Source of the DNA: Flavobacteriales bacterium
GTDB lineage: Bacteria > Bacteroidota > Bacteroidia > Flavobacteriales_F > PHOS-HE28
Direction of reading: 5' to 3'
Length of the DNA: 64,000 nucleotides
Assembly (NCBI GenBank): GCA_041691695.1
Contig: JBEPUG010000002.1
Span: 11,100-75,099, forward strand
The position numbers and the translations under genes are program-made. This document shows positions 59,626-64,000 of the stretch, piece after piece (the stretch's first letter is position 1; every line of letters starts with the position of its first letter). Below the pieces are notes generated by a model. That model saw only the letters and a program-made list of their open reading frames with translations, was not told the origin of the DNA and did no database searches.

Positions 59626-60927
59626 ATGCGTTATCAACAGTGCCTGCTTTTGCTGGTGTTATTTGGGGTCGGGTTGACGGCCTGCAAGAAGGACAAGCAG
59701 AACGCGCCACCATCCATCACCATTGTCTCGCCGGGCGATGCCTCCACGCTCTCCGTACCCGATACGCTGTTGGTGACGGTGAATGTGAGCGACGATCAGA
59801 GCGTGGAACACGTGACCGTTTCCCTGCTCGATGCCAACTATATTCCCGTGACGGCAGCTGTCAGTGTAACGCCCATGAGCAACCCGGCCACCATCACCTT
59901 GGCCCTTCCAGTGATATCCGAGCAACTGGAAAGCGGGACATACAAGTTGCTCGCCACGGCCACGGACGGCGAGTTGTCCGCGAAGGACATTCATACCATT
60001 CAGGTCAGTGGCGTTGCGCTCCGTCTCCGGATGATCTATGCCGTGAGCACGACCTCGTCAAACGCGTTCGCTGTTTATCGGATCGACAGCCTTGGTCAGA
60101 CCACCTTGGCCAGCAACTACGATACGGACCTCGGCGGTGCGGATATCAGCTCGAAGGCACAGCGGCTCTTTCTGGCGGGAAGCACTACCGGACCTTTCCT
60201 CGCACTGGACGCGAATTACCTGAGCACCAGTTGGCAGCGGCCGAACATGAGTGCGATCGGCCTTCCCTGGTTCACCAGCGTGGACCTCTGCTCGGACGGA
60301 CAGGTCTATGTAGGTGATGGCGATGGTATGCTGCACGGTTATCAGGCCGTGAATGGGACGGGTGTCTTCACCGCAGTCATGCCGGACGGATTCCGCACCG
60401 AGGAAACCTTGGTCGTGAACGACCTGCTGCTCTGTACGGTGCGCCAGTTCGTGACGGGGGAACAACGGCTTGCCCTCTTCCAACAGTCTTCCGGCCAACA
60501 GCAGGGGAGCCAACCGTTGAGTATCGTACCTATCCGCATGTTCGAACGCGATGCGCAACATGCATTGGTCTTTGGCAACCAGAATGGGCAAGGGCGCGTG
60601 CAGGACCGCGACATTCTCGGAGGCGGAAGCTGGGAGGCTTACGTCTGGCAGAGCGAAGTCACCGCGGTGACACAGGTGGCAGCAACCATATGGCTGGTAG
60701 CATTGGCCAATGGTGACCTGCAGCGCTTCACGTATGACAACGACGGCTCGCTTAGCATCGGAAGCACTCCGGTCCTGAATGACATGAGTTATGATTCGGC
60801 AAGTGGAGCGGTGTTCGGCGGTGCAGATGGACAGGTGATCGCCATCGATCCAACTACGGGAGCGGTCCTCTCGAATTTCGTCCTGAACGGTTCGGTACGG
60901 AAGGTGTTGCCACTGCGCAACAGATAG
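59626..60927 (+). CDS. Putative lipoprotein with Ig-like N-domain and beta-propeller-like C-region
   Basis: Track ORF (GTG 59620) trimmed to ATG 59626. Lipobox GLTAC. No family recognised. Confidence 0.6.
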   Translation: MRYQQCLLLLVLFGVGLTACKKDKQNAPPSITIVSPGDASTLSVPDTLLVTVNVSDDQSVEHVTVSLLDANYIPVTAAVSVTPMSNPATITLALPVISEQLESGTYKLLATATDGELSAKDIHTIQVSGVALRLRMIYAVSTTSSNAFAVYRIDSLGQTTLASNYDTDLGGADISSKAQRLFLAGSTTGPFLALDANYLSTSWQRPNMSAIGLPWFTSVDLCSDGQVYVGDGDGMLHGYQAVNGTGVFTAVMPDGFRTEETLVVNDLLLCTVRQFVTGEQRLALFQQSSGQQQGSQPLSIVPIRMFERDAQHALVFGNQNGQGRVQDRDILGGGSWEAYVWQSEVTAVTQVAATIWLVALANGDLQRFTYDNDGSLSIGSTPVLNDMSYDSASGAVFGGADGQVIAIDPTTGAVLSNFVLNGSVRKVLPLRNR

Positions 60928-60934
60928 GCTGCTA

Positions 60935-61897
60935 TCAGCGTGCCTTATCCACTACGCCCATCTTGCAGAACTTGGCGATGCGGCGTTCCACCAGTTTCTC
61001 CGTGTCCAGCTTCGTGAGCTTGTCCAAGTGCTTCAGCACTTCCACCTTCACCAGTCGGCATGCCTCATCATGGTCCGCGTGTGCACCACCGACCGGCTCA
61101 GGGACGATCCCATCCACTAGTCCATTCGAGAGCATGTCCTTAGCTGTCAGCTTCAATGCCTCCGCCGCCTGCTCTTTATAGTCCCACGTACGCCAAAGGA
61201 TGGTGGAGCAATTCTCGGGAGAGATCACGGAGTACCAAGAGTTCTCCAGCATCAGCACCTTATCGCCGATTCCGATCCCCAATGCACCGCCAGAAGCGCC
61301 TTCCCCGATAATGATGCAGATGATTGGCACCTTGAGCTGGCTCATCTCCATGAGATTCCGCGCGATCGCCTCGCCTTGGCCCCGCTCTTCCGCCTCAAGC
61401 CCTGGAAATGCGCCCGGGGTATCGATCAACGTGACCACTGGCTTGTTGAACTTCTCCGCCAATTTCATCAAGCGCAACGCTTTTCGATAGCCTTCCGGAT
61501 TGGGCATGCCGAAGTTGCGATACTGCCGCTTCTTGGTGTTCACCCCCTTCTGTTGGCCTATGAACATCACCGTGCGCCCATCCAACAGTCCGAAGCCGCC
61601 TACCATAGCCTTGTCATCCTTCACCGTGCGATCTCCGTGAAGCTCTATGAAGCTATTCCCCGTCATGTACTCGATGTACTGCAGAGTGTAGGGCCGGTCG
61701 GGGTGGCGACTCACTTGCACGCGCTGCCATGGCGTGAGTCTTCCGTAGATCTCCTTACGAGCCGAAACAAGTTTCTTGTTCAGGTCCTTCAGGGTGGCTT
61801 TCACATCCACCTCACCGTTGGAGGCCACCTCGTTCAGTTTCTCGATCTGCTCGACGATATTCTGTATCGGCTTCTCGAATTCCAGGAACGTTTGCAT
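60935..61897 (-). CDS. accA: Acetyl-CoA carboxylase carboxyltransferase subunit alpha
   Basis: Track ORF trimmed to ATG 61897 ([21 protein letters not shown]...). [17 protein letters not shown] and [11 protein letters not shown]. Confidence 0.93.
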   Translation of the reverse strand: MQTFLEFEKPIQNIVEQIEKLNEVASNGEVDVKATLKDLNKKLVSARKEIYGRLTPWQRVQVSRHPDRPYTLQYIEYMTGNSFIELHGDRTVKDDKAMVGGFGLLDGRTVMFIGQQKGVNTKKRQYRNFGMPNPEGYRKALRLMKLAEKFNKPVVTLIDTPGAFPGLEAEERGQGEAIARNLMEMSQLKVPIICIIIGEGASGGALGIGIGDKVLMLENSWYSVISPENCSTILWRTWDYKEQAAEALKLTAKDMLSNGLVDGIVPEPVGGAHADHDEACRLVKVEVLKHLDKLTKLDTEKLVERRIAKFCKMGVVDKAR

Positions 61898-62018
61898 GTT
61901 TCTGCTATGCTTTTGGAAGTTGGCGAAGGTAGGTCCGACAGGATGGATACCGCTACGTGCGACGTCCGCAGAAGGATAACTTGCACATGAGCGCACATTG
62001 CGGACATTCGCCGTCGAA

Positions 62019-62837
62019 ATGATCGTATTCCCGTTCGCCAAGATCAATCTAGGGCTGCATGTCCTGCGTAAGCGGAGCGATGGTTACCACGACATTGAAA
62101 GCGTGCTTGTGCCGATCCCCTTGCATGATGCGCTGGAGGTGGTCGCACTCGGCTCCCGTCCAAATGCTGTTGAACTGACCCGCTCCGGCTTTCACGTGCC
62201 CGGTGAACTGAATGATGACCTCTGCCTGAAAGCAGTCGATCTGGTGAAGCAGACAAGGTTGCTACCGGGCCTTCGAATGCATCTGCATAAATCGATTCCT
62301 ATCGGCGCCGGCCTAGGCGGTGGCTCCAGCGATGCCACACACACACTGCTCTTGTTGAACGACCTGTTCCGCTTGGACCTGAGCGCGGTTGAACTTCACG
62401 CGATGGCTGCTGAGCTCGGTAGTGATTGCTCCTTCTTCCTTCGGCGGATGCCGCAATTCGTTGAAGGAGTGGGCGAATGCTCGCGACCTGTGGACGTCTT
62501 GTTGAACGGACTTTGGTTGGTACTGGTAAATCCCGGTATTCATGTGTCCACGGCCCGTGTATTCCAGGAAATGCGTCCCATTGACCATCGGATCGACCTT
62601 CGCCAAGTGGTTTCATCCTCCTTGGAAAAGTGGCACGGAATGCTCGTCAATGACATGGAGCCGCTGGCCTTTGCCATGCACCCGGCGATCGGCCGCATTA
62701 AGCAGGACCTACTCGATCAAGGTGCGGTCTATGCAGCGATGAGCGGCTCGGGCTCCAGCGTGTTCGGGCTATTTCAAGAAAAGCCGCAGCTTAATGAATT
62801 TCCTTCAGGCCACATCGTCTGGACAATGTCATTGTGA
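62019..62837 (+). CDS. ispE: 4-diphosphocytidyl-2-C-methyl-D-erythritol kinase
   Basis: Track ORF (TTG 61998) trimmed to ATG 62019 ([15 protein letters not shown]...). GHMP motif [13 protein letters not shown]. Confidence 0.9.
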   Translation: MIVFPFAKINLGLHVLRKRSDGYHDIESVLVPIPLHDALEVVALGSRPNAVELTRSGFHVPGELNDDLCLKAVDLVKQTRLLPGLRMHLHKSIPIGAGLGGGSSDATHTLLLLNDLFRLDLSAVELHAMAAELGSDCSFFLRRMPQFVEGVGECSRPVDVLLNGLWLVLVNPGIHVSTARVFQEMRPIDHRIDLRQVVSSSLEKWHGMLVNDMEPLAFAMHPAIGRIKQDLLDQGAVYAAMSGSGSSVFGLFQEKPQLNEFPSGHIVWTMSL

Positions 62838-62852
62838 GAAGAAGGATTGCGA

Positions 62853-64000
62853 TCAGGGGAAAAGCTCCTTCAGCTTCTTGCCCAACTCCTCGGCATCGGT
62901 AGGCTTGGCAACAATGAGCATCCGCGCGTCCAGCAAATAGAATGTCGGCGTCGCCTTCACCAAATAGTCCTTTGCCGCCGGCTCACCCCAGCCGATAAAA
63001 TGGCTGTAGCACTTCCAAGGGATAGCGTTCTCTTTGATGCTCGTCAAGAAGTCCGCACTATCCGCGTCCAAGGCGATCCCCACGACCTGAAAGCCCTTGG
63101 CTCGATAGCGTTCATAGTCGGTCTTTAGGGTCGGCATTTGGGCCTCGCAATGGCTGCAGGTACTGGAGTAGAAGAACAACGCGGTATAGGTGGAGGCTTT
63201 GACAATGTTGGACAGCGGTACAATGGTCCCCCGGTCGTCCATCTGTTCCTCCGGCCCCTTGCCACCAACGGAGACCTTTAGCAAAGCAGCCACCTTCTTG
63301 CGCAGCGCGGGATCGATGCTCGAGCTGTCCCCGGCCGGGGCAACATACCGGTCGATCACGTGTTGCAGTGCAGCTTCGGGACCATAAGTGGAAAAGATGT
63401 CCACGAGATGATCGAGCATGTAGGCATGACATTCCACATTCTTGTCTGCCAGATCCATCAAGGTATCCGCTGCCGCCGAGAATTGGTCCTCATTGATCGC
63501 ATTCAGGTTTCGCAAAAAGGCCATCACCGCCTTATCGTAAGAGGAAGAGCGCATCAAGGAGGGATCACTGAAGTCGAATGCAAGCGCCACGGCCATGGGC
63601 CCCTTTCCACTGGCATTGACCACTGCCGCATCCGCCTGTATCACTTTGCTGAAGTAACTGCTCGGTGCTCGGGCCGTCAGTTCATTCAGATAATGGGTCT
63701 TTCGATCAGCTGCACGCATACCTAAGCTGTCCAAGGCAGCTAGTTGCACGGTATCGGAGGGGTCGAGCTGCAACTCCTGCTGATATACCGCGGATGCCAC
63801 TGCTTGTGTCTCACGGGAAATGTATTTGTACTCCCAGAGTCGCTTGTTCTCGTCCGAAGTGCGGACATGGATATGGTCCTGAAGTGGAATACTGTCGAAT
63901 TCAAGGTCCACTATGGGCTCTTTGCCATCAAGGATGAGGTCCACGTGGTCACTATCGTTCAATGTCAATTGATAGAAGCCAGAAGCATTGAACTTGGTTG
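62853..64000 (-). CDS. TlpA-like thioredoxin-fold protein, partial (N-terminus beyond the right window edge)
   Basis: The frame stays open from 63968 to position 64000 (...TKFNASGFYQLTLNDSDHVDL). C-terminal thioredoxin fold with FFYSSTCSHCEAQ (CxxC). Confidence 0.8.
   Translation of the reverse strand, partial: TKFNASGFYQLTLNDSDHVDLILDGKEPIVDLEFDSIPLQDHIHVRTSDENKRLWEYKYISRETQAVASAVYQQELQLDPSDTVQLAALDSLGMRAADRKTHYLNELTARAPSSYFSKVIQADAAVVNASGKGPMAVALAFDFSDPSLMRSSSYDKAVMAFLRNLNAINEDQFSAAADTLMDLADKNVECHAYMLDHLVDIFSTYGPEAALQHVIDRYVAPAGDSSSIDPALRKKVAALLKVSVGGKGPEEQMDDRGTIVPLSNIVKASTYTALFFYSSTCSHCEAQMPTLKTDYERYRAKGFQVVGIALDADSADFLTSIKENAIPWKCYSHFIGWGEPAAKDYLVKATPTFYLLDARMLIVAKPTDAEELGKKLKELFP

Overview
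This is a GC-rich chromosomal segment that reads as Bacteroidota. The evidence is gldE-gldD next to mutY-ssb, a T9SS C-terminal sorting domain, a DUF5606 protein, a tiny bS22-like basic protein, and many 1-4 nt gene overlaps.

I support about 70 protein-coding genes, mostly housekeeping:
- Core functions: glyA, fahA, alr, fumC, prfB, recX, rng, HU, mutY, ssb, ctaA, queD, nrdJ, dnaB, accA, ispE, and a fused E1 2-oxoacid dehydrogenase.
- A racemase / M20 amidohydrolase / GNAT operon.
- A persulfide-dioxygenase/rhodanese/thioredoxin sulfur operon.
- A nirK module with two paralogous cytochromes c and an NnrS-like 12-TM protein.
- A CDO-like / PAS-kinase / REC-CAP regulator operon.
- A T9SS-tagged pentaheme cytochrome.
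- A DUF4160/DUF2442 pair and a GxxExxY nuclease-fold gene.

Two genes are missing from the ORF track: a GT25-like CDS truncated at position 1 and a 31-aa Lys/Arg-rich bS22-like CDS. The last CDS runs off the right edge.

I found no rRNA, tRNA, CRISPR, transposase, integrase or recognisable defence genes, and I cannot point to a clear-cut novel multi-gene system.

The most unusual content is non-coding:
- Nearly every long intergenic spacer is built from locus-specific 6-10 nt words, arranged as a tandem array plus a reverse-complement array (potential long hairpins).
- Several 12-36 nt repeat families are shared between distant spacers.
- One of these is a 36-nt hairpin with a cUNCGg loop and a compensatory base-pair change.
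- There is also a roughly 160-bp element with 28-bp perfect terminal inverted repeats.

All calls rest on reading the translations and the DNA by eye. No searches or folding computations were run.
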